This document shows positions 38,588-48,968 of a DNA stretch of 64,000 nucleotides, piece by piece. Source of the stretch: a virus (taxonomy: Duplodnaviria; Caudoviricetes); the IMG/VR virus record IMGVR_UViG_3300025809_001850. The stretch is one strand, 5' to 3'. The position numbers and the translations under genes are program-made. The first letter of the stretch is position 1. Each line of letters opens with the position of its first letter. The notes beneath the pieces were generated by a model that was not told where the DNA came from, made no database searches, and worked only from the letters and a program-made list of their open reading frames with translations.

Positions 38588-38854
38588 ATGGATATTGAAG
38601 CAAGAAGTTTAAAGTACGTAGAGTTTCATATGTTTGAAACATTTGGTCCTGTATTTTTAAACCAAATGCAAATAGATGGTTTATGGCATGATGATGAAGG
38701 TCTTCCGAGATACGAATGTGTTGTTGAAAATATTAAAGGTCAAACTGGTACACCAATTAGTTATTTGTTTCCTCCGTTTGATCCTGAGTGTGATCAATAC
38801 GACACCTATAATTTCGGAGAAAACGATGAAGATGAAAAACTTGATGATGATTGA
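38588..38854 (+). CDS. Hypothetical protein
   Basis: ORF track. Confidence 0.55.
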   Translation: MDIEARSLKYVEFHMFETFGPVFLNQMQIDGLWHDDEGLPRYECVVENIKGQTGTPISYLFPPFDPECDQYDTYNFGENDEDEKLDDD

Positions 38855-38885
38855 CATACCAATGGTAATTCTGTAATATAATACA

Positions 38886-39620
38886 ATGATTTCACACGAT
38901 ACAATAGATAATCACGCAAAATTAATTGCATTTCAAATTTACGATGCAATTGAAACGAAAAAACAAAATAACGAACATCTAGTTTTGGGACTAGCAACAG
39001 GATCAACTCCAATTCCGTTGTATCAAGAATTGATTCGTTTGCATCAAGAAGCAAATCTTTCTTTTGAAAATGTTTACACATTTAATCTCGATGAATATTG
39101 TGGATTATCAGAAAATCATCCTGAATCTTACAATCACTTTATGCACAAACATTTGTTTAATCATATTGATATTCCCAAGGAAAATATTTTCATTCCAAGT
39201 GGCAAAGTAGAACCTGTGTTTCTTAAAGATTATTGTGTTGGATATGAAAAAGCAATTCAAGAACTTGGAGGTCTTGATATTCAGATTTTAGGAATCGGAA
39301 GAAATGGTCATATTGGATTCAATGAACCAGGAAGTTCAGGTGTAAGTATCACTCGCAAAATAGAACTACATCATGTCACCAAACGAGATGCATCTTCTGC
39401 ATTCGGTGGATTTGATTTAGTTCCGAGTCATGCAATTACAATGGGAATGAAAACAATTTTATCTGCCAAGAAAATTTATTTAATGGCATTTGGAGAAGGC
39501 AAAAAACAAGCAATCAAACAAGCAATTCTCGGTGACATCACCGATGAATTGCCCGCAAGTTTTCTTCAACATCACGACAATGTATCATATTGTTTAGACT
39601 TTAATATAGACACAAAATGA
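38886..39620 (+). CDS. nagB: Glucosamine-6-phosphate deaminase
   Basis: LGLATGSTP, FNLDEY, LGIGRNGHIGFNEPG, AITMG, PAS.LQ.H; promoter TTGACA-17-TAATAT at 38851-38879, ATG at +7. Confidence 0.93.
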   Translation: MISHDTIDNHAKLIAFQIYDAIETKKQNNEHLVLGLATGSTPIPLYQELIRLHQEANLSFENVYTFNLDEYCGLSENHPESYNHFMHKHLFNHIDIPKENIFIPSGKVEPVFLKDYCVGYEKAIQELGGLDIQILGIGRNGHIGFNEPGSSGVSITRKIELHHVTKRDASSAFGGFDLVPSHAITMGMKTILSAKKIYLMAFGEGKKQAIKQAILGDITDELPASFLQHHDNVSYCLDFNIDTK

Positions 39621-39823
39621 CCGATTACGACACAGAAAATATAACCGAAATTTTACATGGAACTGGAACTTGGTTTACTGCCGAATTGTTTAGATTGATT
39701 GCAAAATCGGATAATATAAATCGTGCGAAATTAGCACTCGTATATCCACAAGAAGTGAATGTGGTACATCAGCACCTAACAGGCAAAACAATTTACGAAG
39801 ATCGTAATCTTGTTTTATCATAG
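39617..39823 (+). CDS. Conserved phage hypothetical protein (WFTAELFRLIAKSD)
   Basis: ATGA overlap. Confidence 0.65.
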   Translation: MTDYDTENITEILHGTGTWFTAELFRLIAKSDNINRAKLALVYPQEVNVVHQHLTGKTIYEDRNLVLS

Positions 39824-39843
39824 AATACAGAAAGACAACGAAC

Positions 39844-40077
39844 ATGAAATTGTTTAAACGCAATAAAAAATATCAACTAGTTACCAAAAACACTTGGGGA
39901 AACACAGAAATCGCAGAATTGGTTCTTGAAGGAACTGAATCAGAAATCAAAGCATATGCAAAAAAAGCATCATTCGCATGGGAAGCAGATGATTCAAAAG
40001 TAGGTGGTGGAAGTTTCACTCGTAGCATTGACGGATATCGTAAACAAACTTACGAAATAATTGAAAAGGTAAACTGA
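39844..40077 (+). CDS. Small hypothetical protein
   Basis: ORF track. Confidence 0.55.
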   Translation: MKLFKRNKKYQLVTKNTWGNTEIAELVLEGTESEIKAYAKKASFAWEADDSKVGGGSFTRSIDGYRKQTYEIIEKVN

Positions 40078-40178
40078 TTATCAAGTGATCAAATTGCGAA
40101 TAGAACGACATGATCCTGATTACTCCAAGGACGAACTTGTTAACATTGAAGAAACATTATCAGTAACCGTATAAAAAT

Positions 40179-40514
40179 ATGATATCAGTAAGAATAGAAC
40201 GACACGCAACAAATTATTGTGAAGATGTATTAGACAATTGCCAACACGCAGATTTCTTTTTCAGCAATGGATATTTAGCAACTTGCTATCACAACGAGGA
40301 GCATATGATAACCGAATATTATCAAAAACCAATGGATGTACACTTGTTTGGACCCGACAAAGAAACTGAATTGTGGGAACTTGCCGAAACAAACAAAATT
40401 GCTTACAATGAGTGGTCAGATAAACAAAAAATTGATGAAGAAATGATTACTGATGTTTTAGACTATTATGCACAAGGTGAACTCGTAACCGTAGAAGAAG
40501 ATTTTTATGAATAA
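40179..40514 (+). CDS. Acidic hypothetical protein
   Basis: ORF track. Confidence 0.6.
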   Translation: MISVRIERHATNYCEDVLDNCQHADFFFSNGYLATCYHNEEHMITEYYQKPMDVHLFGPDKETELWELAETNKIAYNEWSDKQKIDEEMITDVLDYYAQGELVTVEEDFYE

Positions 40515-40911
40515 CATGAAATACCTATTGATACTACTATTCGCACTCGGAGGATGTGCAACCACGAAAAATATCCAACACGCCGAGACCTTTGATTTAA
40601 CTCAAATCGGAGAAATTTACTATCAAGCATATGATCATAAATGGAAAACTGATCCAACCATCAATCCTGCATTTGATACCAAATCAGAAGCATATGAATA
40701 TGCTAATATGTACAACGAAAATAATGCTCATATGTACATCGTTAGAATGATCAATTATCGGTATGAGATTCGTATCACAAATCCATCAAACAACGAATTA
40801 CTGTACACTTCCAACGACTTCAAAGATGCAGTTGATTATGTTGACGAATTTAAATCAGCACATGATGACTTGGTGCTTTACGACTTGAAGACCGGTAGAC
40901 AATACGAATAA
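40507..40911 (+). CDS. Lipoprotein
   Basis: MKYLLILLFALGG-C lipobox. Confidence 0.7.
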   Translation: MNNMKYLLILLFALGGCATTKNIQHAETFDLTQIGEIYYQAYDHKWKTDPTINPAFDTKSEAYEYANMYNENNAHMYIVRMINYRYEIRITNPSNNELLYTSNDFKDAVDYVDEFKSAHDDLVLYDLKTGRQYE

Positions 40912-40914
40912 ACT

Positions 40915-41856
40915 TTAAGAATTAAAGAATTTATTTATTTCATTTTTTAGAAAATCTGTGTTTTCTATTTTTTGAGCATCATCAATATCAAAATCTTCGT
41001 GTGGAATTGTTAATCTGTGCATATTACTTCGTCTGCAACATTTGTTGTATTTGATGTGATCAAAGTAATAATCGTGTTTCATCATTTTTCCTTGTGGATG
41101 TGTCATGGGATGAATCATGTATATCGTGGAATGATTTACAAATGGTTTTGCTGATAAATAAGGTTGAAGCACTACAAACGGATTTGAAGAAGTGTATAAG
41201 TTGTTTACACGGAACGAAAGTTCAGTTTCTGCGTGAGTAGCAATGATACCATTTGCACGACAATTTGAACCATACAATAAACTCGCATACGCATTTTTTC
41301 TGTCACCTATAAACAGAACCCGTGTGTAATTCTCAATGAGTTTTTTGATACGAGCAGAAGTTTCTTTGAAAGTATTTCCAACACCTTCTATTTTATTCAT
41401 AAACCACGCATCGTGTGGATCGGTGATAGTGATGATGTCAACATCAGGATATTTTGACTCAATCGGAATTCTAGAATCAAGTACATTAATTTCACGGGTA
41501 AGCAATCTTTCTTCGGTACTGACATTTAGATAAACTGTAATTTCTTTTAAAGTTTCATCGTAATTTGAAAGATACTTTAAAAGTTCCGGATTCAATTCTT
41601 CGTAATCTTGGTGATAATAATTAGAGTATTCACCTGTGTACCATTCGTTTTCAATTGCTAAATTATAGTTTTCTTTATTTTTTCGTGCATAATCAAGTTT
41701 CAGTTCAGTAATTGCATTATCAATTTGCGTTTTTTCTGTATCAGTATACAACATTTCAGTTTCATTGAAAGTAGTTTCCACCGAATTTTTGAACAGAACA
41801 ATTAAATCTTTTGAGATTCTGCTTTTCTTGAGTTGCAATACATTTACATTTTCCAT
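40915..41856 (-). CDS. Hypothetical protein with a degenerate alpha/beta-hydrolase-like C-terminal half
   Basis: ATATTTAT 4 nt upstream on the minus strand; VLFIGDRKNAYASLLYGS resembles a GxSxGG elbow lacking Ser. Confidence 0.6.
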   Translation of the reverse strand: MENVNVLQLKKSRISKDLIVLFKNSVETTFNETEMLYTDTEKTQIDNAITELKLDYARKNKENYNLAIENEWYTGEYSNYYHQDYEELNPELLKYLSNYDETLKEITVYLNVSTEERLLTREINVLDSRIPIESKYPDVDIITITDPHDAWFMNKIEGVGNTFKETSARIKKLIENYTRVLFIGDRKNAYASLLYGSNCRANGIIATHAETELSFRVNNLYTSSNPFVVLQPYLSAKPFVNHSTIYMIHPMTHPQGKMMKHDYYFDHIKYNKCCRRSNMHRLTIPHEDFDIDDAQKIENTDFLKNEINKFFNS

Positions 41857-41932
41857 GTATATAAATATGATTTGTGTTGCAAATCATTCGCAAAGGTATT
41901 ATATTATACATTTAACACAACAAACAAAAACA

Positions 41933-42388
41933 ATGGGATTAGATCAATACGCATACGCACGTCCACCTCGTAAGAGAAATTGTGACGAAGATGAACACTT
42001 AGAAGAATGGCGCAAGCATAATCGTTTGCAAGGCTGGATGGAACAACTATGGGAATCAAAAGGATGTCCTGTTCCTGCTACTTCTTATGACGAAGATGAA
42101 GACGAAGAGGATGAAGACGATTATTCAGATGGTGGTTTCAATGGTATTGAATTACAATTAGATGCTTCTGATATTGAGTATCTTGAAGAAGCAATTCTAA
42201 ATCAAGAACTTCCTGAAACAAGTGGTTTTTTCTTTGGAAGTGATTCATACACTTGGAATAAAGAAGGTGACGGAGAAGATAAAATTCAAGAAAATTATTA
42301 CTACAAAGAAATGGATTTGCAGTTTGTAGAAAACGCAAAACAAGCAATTCAAAAGAAATACAGAGTTTACTATAACTGCTCTTGGTGA
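41933..42388 (+). CDS. Conserved phage protein (MGLDQY...WRKHNRLQGW...TSGFFFG)
   Basis: True start ATG 41933; TTGCAA-17-TATATT promoter at 41877-41905. Confidence 0.8.
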   Translation: MGLDQYAYARPPRKRNCDEDEHLEEWRKHNRLQGWMEQLWESKGCPVPATSYDEDEDEEDEDDYSDGGFNGIELQLDASDIEYLEEAILNQELPETSGFFFGSDSYTWNKEGDGEDKIQENYYYKEMDLQFVENAKQAIQKKYRVYYNCSW

Positions 42389-42419
42389 GTGTTACTTAAA
42401 AACTGATAACGAATACGAA

Positions 42420-43082
42420 CTATAAAATCATATATTGAACATATTCTTGATTAGGATAATTCTCTAACAAAATATACTTCATTGTCTGAGGTTCTAATAT
42501 CAACCAACCTTGGTTAGTAAACACCAAGTTGACCATGTGTAATCCATTGCTTGCAGGAACTCCACCAAATTCGTTAACTTGACGAACAACTACAACTGCA
42601 ACACCCATTTCGAATTTATCACCACTTTTGTATGCTGATATACCCATAAGTGATTTGTATAACATTGCAAAGTTATCACAATCTAATGCAGGATGATTGT
42701 TTTCTTGACCACTTTGAATCCCTGCTTCAAATAAAAGTTTTTCAAACCAATTATTAAATTTGCGAAAGAAATAGTAATCAACATCACGATAACGAGCATC
42801 AAACAACACAACTCCAAAATCAGTTGGAACTTTAGTATCAACCCAATTATGTGATTTTTGCTGAGAGAAGCTTCTTCCTATGTCAAATCTATCAAGATAA
42901 TTCTTTGGATTAATTTTATGTTCAATGTTTTCTCCTTCCATTACAGGTATATCAATTAACTCACGCATATCAGTTTTTGTTTTGCACGAAGAACCTGCCA
43001 TAAGTACGATGGCAACACCTGCACATACAAACACTAAACAACTCCAACATATATTTTTAAATCTACTCTTACTCATAATCAT
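42420..43082 (-). CDS. Membrane-anchored papain/transglutaminase-like cysteine peptidase (MOA C-terminal-like)
   Basis: DCDNFA (Cys), HMVN (His), LEPQT (Glu); N-terminal hydrophobic helix with a possible lipobox AGSS-C. Confidence 0.6.
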   Translation of the reverse strand: MIMSKSRFKNICWSCLVFVCAGVAIVLMAGSSCKTKTDMRELIDIPVMEGENIEHKINPKNYLDRFDIGRSFSQQKSHNWVDTKVPTDFGVVLFDARYRDVDYYFFRKFNNWFEKLLFEAGIQSGQENNHPALDCDNFAMLYKSLMGISAYKSGDKFEMGVAVVVVRQVNEFGGVPASNGLHMVNLVFTNQGWLILEPQTMKYILLENYPNQEYVQYMIL

Positions 43083-43303
43083 TTCCTTTAGTTATTATAA
43101 TAAATATTAGTTTTTATAATAAATTGATTTTTTTATGATTTAGTTAATGTTTTTTCATGTTAGATGTAACTTGGTTGTTATCAAACTACATTTTAATGTG
43201 TCAAATTTGAAGAAAATTAAAGTTTTTAACGTATTTATAAAAAAGAGATGAATTGCCAATAGCAAATTCTCATTGATGATAAAAATAATGTATAATAAAA
43301 CAC

Positions 43304-44557
43304 ATGAAACGCAAACAAAATACCAATACTAATGATACAGGTGATACTGGTGATGCTAATGATGCTAATGATACTGGTGATGCTAATGATGCTAATGATA
43401 TGGACAGTGTAAATCACCCAACACCAAATCCAACCAGAATAGATTCTCAGTTGATTGAAGATGACTCTGACATAATGTCATTGAGTGATGTAAGGGACAC
43501 TCATCAACTACACAAATCAGCAATAAAGCGAGTAATTATAACAGGAGTGACAGGTCAAGACGGAAGTTTTATGGCAGATTATTTGTTGAAAAATACAGAT
43601 TGTATGGTGTATGGAGCAGTTCGTAGACTAAGTGTAAAAAATTACACGAACATTCATCATTTGAAACGAGAAGATCGTTTTCAACTTATCAACTTGGATT
43701 TAACTGATGATTATAGTATTCGTGACGCAATCACCGAAATCAAACCTCATTACTTTTTGAACTTTGCGGCTCAAAGTTTTGTGGATGGTTCTTGGGATTA
43801 TCCAATACAAACTTGGGATACAGATGCAACTGCGGTTTTGCATATGCTTGAAAGTATTCGTAAGTTTACTCCTTATTGTAGATTCTATAACGCAGGATCA
43901 AGTGAAGAATTTGGTGATGTTATTACAGATCCACAGAGTGAAGAACATCCACTTAGACCACAAAGTCCATACGGAGCAGCCAAAGCAGCTGCAAGGCATC
44001 TTGTGCGTGTTTATCGTGAGTCATACGATTTATATGCAGTTCAAGGTTGGTTGTTTAATCACGAAGGAACTCGCAGAGGCAAAGAATTTGTAACAAGAAA
44101 AATTACTCATACAATTGCTAAAATTAAACACGCACTTGAAAAGAATAAAAAATATGATGTATTAAAATTGGGAAATTTAGATGCTCAACGAGATTGGACA
44201 GATGCAGAAGACTTTATGTCGGGAGTATGGTTGATGATGAACCAAGATGCTCCTAAAAATTATGTTCTTGCAAGTGGTAAAATGAATAGTGTTCGTGAAT
44301 TTTTACAAGAAACTTTAAAATGTGCAAACATCAAACATAAAATAATTGGTGACGGTGAATATGAAAAGTTTTTAACCGAAGATGATAAACTCATAATGGA
44401 AGTTGATCCTAAATTTTATCGTCCTGCCGAAGTTCATAAATTAAGAGGAGATTGCACTCTTGCAGAAAACGAACTAGGATGGACTCGCATATACAATTTT
44501 AAGAAACTTGTAAAAAGAATGTACGAAAGTGATTATGAGCAACTTAAAAATAGATAA
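43304..44557 (+). CDS. gmd: GDP-mannose 4,6-dehydratase with a low-complexity N-terminal extension
   Basis: ITGVTGQDGS, AAQSFV, AGSSEEFG, PQSPYGAAK, FNHEG.RRG.EFVTRKI, GNLDA.RDW, RPAEV. Confidence 0.95.
   Translation: MKRKQNTNTNDTGDTGDANDANDTGDANDANDMDSVNHPTPNPTRIDSQLIEDDSDIMSLSDVRDTHQLHKSAIKRVIITGVTGQDGSFMADYLLKNTDCMVYGAVRRLSVKNYTNIHHLKREDRFQLINLDLTDDYSIRDAITEIKPHYFLNFAAQSFVDGSWDYPIQTWDTDATAVLHMLESIRKFTPYCRFYNAGSSEEFGDVITDPQSEEHPLRPQSPYGAAKAAARHLVRVYRESYDLYAVQGWLFNHEGTRRGKEFVTRKITHTIAKIKHALEKNKKYDVLKLGNLDAQRDWTDAEDFMSGVWLMMNQDAPKNYVLASGKMNSVREFLQETLKCANIKHKIIGDGEYEKFLTEDDKLIMEVDPKFYRPAEVHKLRGDCTLAENELGWTRIYNFKKLVKRMYESDYEQLKNR
43328..43400 (+). repeat. In-frame 9-bp tandem repeat (aatgat/ggtgat + gct/act)
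   Basis: Encodes NDT-GDT-GDA-NDA-NDT-GDA-NDA-NDM. Confidence 0.8.
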
Positions 44558-45518
44558 AACTAGCAAAATATACGTCGCAGGATCATCCGGAATGGTCGGT
44601 TCTGCGGTTGTTAGAAAATTGCAAGCAGAAAATTATACTAATATAGTAACATCAAGAAGCAAAGATGTAGATTGTCGTGATCAATTTGTTGTAAATGCTT
44701 TTTTTGCAAAACATAAATTTGATGTGGTTGTAATAGCAGCCGCAAAAGTTGGTGGAATTATGGCAAACAACGATTTTCGTGGTGACTTCATTTATGATAA
44801 TCTTCAAATTCAAACGAATTTAATTCATAGTGCAAAAACACACGGTGTTAAAAAACTGATATTTCTTGGATCATCGTGTATATATCCAAAACAAGCACCA
44901 CAACCAATCAAAGAAGAATATTTATTAACTTCAGAACTTGAATATACAAATGAACCTTATGCTATTGCTAAAATAGCAGGATTAAAAATGTGTGAAAGTT
45001 ATTACAAACAATACGATAGCAACTTTTATTCTATTATGCCTTGTAATTTATATGGATACAATGATAACTTTGATTTAAAATCAAGTCACGTGTTACCTGC
45101 ACTAATTCGTAAGTTTCACGAAGCAAAATTGAACAATGATGCAGAAGTAATAATGTGGGGAACAGGAAAACCAAGACGAGAGTTTATGTTTGTTGATGAT
45201 CTTGCAAACACAATTGAACATTGCATTCAAAGCATAAACGCAGACGATGTTTATACTGACACCAAAAGTTGTATGAACTTTGGAAGTGGTGAAGATATTG
45301 AAATTAAAGAACTTGCCGAATTGATCAAACAAATAGTTGGATTTCGTGGTAACATAAAACACGATACCACCAAACCAGACGGAACAATGAAAAAACTTAT
45401 GGATGTTTCATTTGCAAAAACACTTGGACTAGTTACAAAAACTTCATTGAGTGAAGGTTTAAAAAGCACGTACAATTGGTTTTTGCAAAATTATGCTAAC
45501 TCTGATATAAAACTTTAA
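44529..45518 (+). CDS. fcl: GDP-L-fucose synthase
   Basis: AGSSGMVGSA, AAKVGGI, LGSSCIYPK, EPYAIAKIAG, PCNLYG.NDNF...SHVLPALIRK, WGTGKPRREF, KPDG. Confidence 0.95.
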   Translation: MIMSNLKIDKTSKIYVAGSSGMVGSAVVRKLQAENYTNIVTSRSKDVDCRDQFVVNAFFAKHKFDVVVIAAAKVGGIMANNDFRGDFIYDNLQIQTNLIHSAKTHGVKKLIFLGSSCIYPKQAPQPIKEEYLLTSELEYTNEPYAIAKIAGLKMCESYYKQYDSNFYSIMPCNLYGYNDNFDLKSSHVLPALIRKFHEAKLNNDAEVIMWGTGKPRREFMFVDDLANTIEHCIQSINADDVYTDTKSCMNFGSGEDIEIKELAELIKQIVGFRGNIKHDTTKPDGTMKKLMDVSFAKTLGLVTKTSLSEGLKSTYNWFLQNYANSDIKL

Positions 45519-45525
45519 TTGCTCA

Positions 45526-46371
45526 ATGATAAAAACTTATACAACCGAATTGTGCGTATTTATGTTGGCCACCTCGTTTGAATGCAATGAAGGAGAACTA
45601 CAACGTGCAGTTGATTATTATTTGGCCAACATTGAAACTGATTCAAAATTTGATCTTTTAATTTGCCTTGATAATCTTCCAAAAAGAATACGAAGATTTG
45701 ATAGTTGGATTAATAATACCAAACGGCACGAAAATGTAAATGATGTAATTGTTAACAATTTAGAGATCCCCAAAGACGAAAATATTTATATCAAAAATTT
45801 AATTCCTTCGTTTGATTTAAGCAAACTTAATATGGGCAGATCACATGGAATCAATCATTTATTTTATGAAACTCTTGAATATCTGTTTACAACTAAATAC
45901 AAAAACTTTTTATTGTTGGAATGTGATACCAAACCAGTTACATCAAAATGGTATGATGTTTGCGTGAATCATTGCAAAACACACGATTTCTCTATAGCAG
46001 GTAGCAAATACAAAGGAGTTAAACGTGATTTTATTTTATCTAGATATTTCGGACCACACCTCAACGGAGTTGCTATATACAGAAACTGTACACGCACACA
46101 ACAAATGCTCAGAGACTCCAAATCGTTTTTAATAAAATCACTTGCAGATGATCACAAGTTACCCAAATCCAGACGTGTATATCGTGAGTTTATGAATTAT
46201 GATGTTGCGATTTATCTTCACTTAAAACGAATGAGATCATACACAGGATATCATGATACTAATTTCATAACCAATATCAGTTCCCCTGGAAACGAGAACA
46301 CTTCATTGCAATCTGTGCTACATGAATTTCCAGATACTCAAATACTGCATCAAAAAAATCTATACGAATAA
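45526..46371 (+). CDS. Putative GT-A-like glycosyltransferase
   Basis: LLLECD, IAGSKYKG, HLNGVAIY, NYDVAIY; paralogous to the N-terminal half of 46377. Confidence 0.55.
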   Translation: MIKTYTTELCVFMLATSFECNEGELQRAVDYYLANIETDSKFDLLICLDNLPKRIRRFDSWINNTKRHENVNDVIVNNLEIPKDENIYIKNLIPSFDLSKLNMGRSHGINHLFYETLEYLFTTKYKNFLLLECDTKPVTSKWYDVCVNHCKTHDFSIAGSKYKGVKRDFILSRYFGPHLNGVAIYRNCTRTQQMLRDSKSFLIKSLADDHKLPKSRRVYREFMNYDVAIYLHLKRMRSYTGYHDTNFITNISSPGNENTSLQSVLHEFPDTQILHQKNLYE

Positions 46372-46376
46372 TTCAT

Positions 46377-47915
46377 ATGAAGTTCGTTGATAAATTTACT
46401 TATACAAATGAGTTGTGTGTGTTTTATACAACAACACTAACTGAATTTAATAACGGAGCATTAACACGTTGTGTTGATCATTATATGAACAATATTCAAA
46501 CAAACTATAAGTTTGATTTGTTATTTTATTTTGATCAGTTTCCACGCAGGAAACGAAAGTTTTTTCGTGAATTAAATAAATTTAAGAAATACAAAAATAT
46601 AAACAATGTGTACATCATAAACAACGAAATTCCTGATGACGAAAACTTTTATTTCAATCGGAATGTTGAAAAACTAGATTTAAATAAATTTCCCCTTGGA
46701 GGTTCACAAGGAATCAATAGTCACTTTTATATATCAATCAATAATTTGTTTGAACGAAGTTATGAAAATTGTATGTTGTTGGAATCAGACACTTGTTCAG
46801 TAGGCAACGACTGGTTTGATGTGCTTCTTGAGTATTCTGTAAACACAGAGTTTGTAATTGCTGGTAGCAAGTATAAGGGTAGAAACAAAGAAGTTGTATT
46901 TAAAGAACACTACGGTGGCCACCACATAAATGGAGTTGCATTGTATAAAAACAATGATACAACGAAAAAGTTGATCCGAGCATCATATCAATTTTTGATA
47001 AATTCATTGCGAAAGGATTTCACAAAGTGTAAACGTCACAGACGATGTAACGGGTGTTTGAATTATGATGTAGCAATTTACTTGTATGCAAAAAAGAAAA
47101 ATTTATCGCATTTACTTCATGATACAAATTTCATTACAAATTTCAGATCAGATGATGATAATGACACCGAACTAAAAACAATAATGCTAAAGTATCCGGA
47201 AACACGAATTGTACACAAAAAAAATTTATATGATGAAGTTGATATAAAATCAACAATTAAAATATTAAAAGAGAATTCAGTATATAGAATTGCTGATTTA
47301 TTTTATATGGATGGTAACCGATGGGAGAAAGATAGAAGTAAAGTAATACAAAGTGAAGAATATAGTGATACCATATTGCACGATTATATGTTAAATAAAA
47401 ACAATGAATTTGATTACGATACATTTAAATCTATCACCCTAAAACATTCCGAAAAGTATGACCTAAAACCCAACGAAGATGATTTAGTTTTTCATTTACG
47501 ACTCGGAGATGTATTTGATATTAATGGTGAAACTAGAATATACAACAGAGCAGATTGGTCTTATCTTCAGTATAAAGTATTTTTTAGAAAAAACAGAGAA
47601 TTTTTAGAAACATTAAATAAGGTAAAAGTAGTTACTGCATTGCACTTTGGTTCTGATGAGTTAACAGGTGATTTCTATTATACAGATAATTACTATAACG
47701 AAAGCATGAAATTTTTTGATTATTTTTGTGGACGTTTACACGACTTTGGTTGTAGTGTTGATGTAATATCAAATGAAAATATTGATAAAGATATATGCTA
47801 CATGATGCAATCAACACACTTTGTACCTGGACTTACAAAGTTATCTACATTGATTTCAACGTGTATAGAAAATGATGCTAAAATATATCGTGAACCTATA
47901 CAAAAATACATTTAA
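46377..47915 (+). CDS. Bifunctional glycosyltransferase-like: GT-A-like N-half plus fucosyltransferase-like (HxRxGD) C-half
   Basis: N-half paralogous to 45526; C-half LVFHLRLGD and DKDICYMMQSTHFVP resemble GT11/GT23-type motifs. Confidence 0.6.
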   Translation: MKFVDKFTYTNELCVFYTTTLTEFNNGALTRCVDHYMNNIQTNYKFDLLFYFDQFPRRKRKFFRELNKFKKYKNINNVYIINNEIPDDENFYFNRNVEKLDLNKFPLGGSQGINSHFYISINNLFERSYENCMLLESDTCSVGNDWFDVLLEYSVNTEFVIAGSKYKGRNKEVVFKEHYGGHHINGVALYKNNDTTKKLIRASYQFLINSLRKDFTKCKRHRRCNGCLNYDVAIYLYAKKKNLSHLLHDTNFITNFRSDDDNDTELKTIMLKYPETRIVHKKNLYDEVDIKSTIKILKENSVYRIADLFYMDGNRWEKDRSKVIQSEEYSDTILHDYMLNKNNEFDYDTFKSITLKHSEKYDLKPNEDDLVFHLRLGDVFDINGETRIYNRADWSYLQYKVFFRKNREFLETLNKVKVVTALHFGSDELTGDFYYTDNYYNESMKFFDYFCGRLHDFGCSVDVISNENIDKDICYMMQSTHFVPGLTKLSTLISTCIENDAKIYREPIQKYI

Positions 47916-47943
47916 CAAAATATATCTTTTAATTTTACATACA

Positions 47944-48804
47944 ATGAAACCATTACACCAACAACAAAATATTCCGTGCTTTTATCATGTTCCAAAGAAC
48001 GCAGGAACATATGTAACAAGCATCATGTTTTTGTATATTAGATTATTTAAACAAAAGTATACAAACTGGAATTCATTTGGTAAAGAAACTGGTAGAAATA
48101 TCGTAATACATAACGATAATAAAGAAATCGCACGAATAATCGCAGGTGATCCAAATTTTATATGCAATGAAAGTTTAATATTCAAACGAGGTGTAATTGA
48201 AGATGATACACATTATACAATCAATTTAAATGAATGTTCACATGATGCATTTGTTAACCTGAATATTTTTTCAATAATTATAGAAGCAGACGGATTTGTA
48301 TATCACGATCAAATCAAAAAGTTTTTTGAAAAATATAATTTAATTAATTTTATGATATTACGTGATCCGATTAAACGAGCAGTATCTTTTTTTGATTACA
48401 TAAATTCAGATAAAGCAAAACACGAACCAACTTACGGAATTATTCCAAATAAATTTTCAGAATATGCTAAAAGTGATTACACAGAAGATAGTTGGTTGAT
48501 ACGACAATTCAGCAAAGTGCAAAATTCTGTGGGAATTACTTTAAAAAATTATGTAGATGCATTTCACATTTTAAAAAAATTTAAGATATGTGACATCAAA
48601 AACACAAATAAATTTATAGATGATATATTCAAAAAATATCTGAATCTGAATTTAACAGAAAAACAAAAACAACAAAAAACTTGGGACATAATTTACAATT
48701 CTAAATCAAAAAGTTCTACAATAATTGACGAAGAATCACACAAACTATTGCAACAAAGAATGAAATACGATATTGAATTATACAACAAATTGTTATCATG
48801 CTAA
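47944..48804 (+). CDS. Sulfotransferase-like protein
   Basis: FYHVPKNAGT (5'-PSB), ILRDPIKRAVSFF (3'-PB), YDIELY end. Confidence 0.75.
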   Translation: MKPLHQQQNIPCFYHVPKNAGTYVTSIMFLYIRLFKQKYTNWNSFGKETGRNIVIHNDNKEIARIIAGDPNFICNESLIFKRGVIEDDTHYTINLNECSHDAFVNLNIFSIIIEADGFVYHDQIKKFFEKYNLINFMILRDPIKRAVSFFDYINSDKAKHEPTYGIIPNKFSEYAKSDYTEDSWLIRQFSKVQNSVGITLKNYVDAFHILKKFKICDIKNTNKFIDDIFKKYLNLNLTEKQKQQKTWDIIYNSKSKSSTIIDEESHKLLQQRMKYDIELYNKLLSC

Positions 48805-48965
48805 TATCACACAAACATAAGTTCATCACATTTGATATTCCAAAGACTGGAACAACCTCTATTAACAATGCTATTGCTCGGGGTGATATTTTGGAAAAGC
48901 ATGATTTTAAAGTTCAGATGTCACACAGAGTCATTGAGTATTTCGGATATAAATTTGGAGCATAA
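48798..48965 (+). pseudogene. Internally deleted sulfotransferase mini-gene (55 aa)
   Basis: MLISHKHKFITFDIPKTGTTS...IEYFGYKFGA keeps the family N- and C-termini but lacks the RNP core. Confidence 0.75.
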
Positions 48966-48968
48966 GAA

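Noticed and set aside
40915-41856. Active esterase call
   Set aside because: The putative nucleophile elbow reads GDRKNA without Ser; kept only as a degenerate-fold hint.
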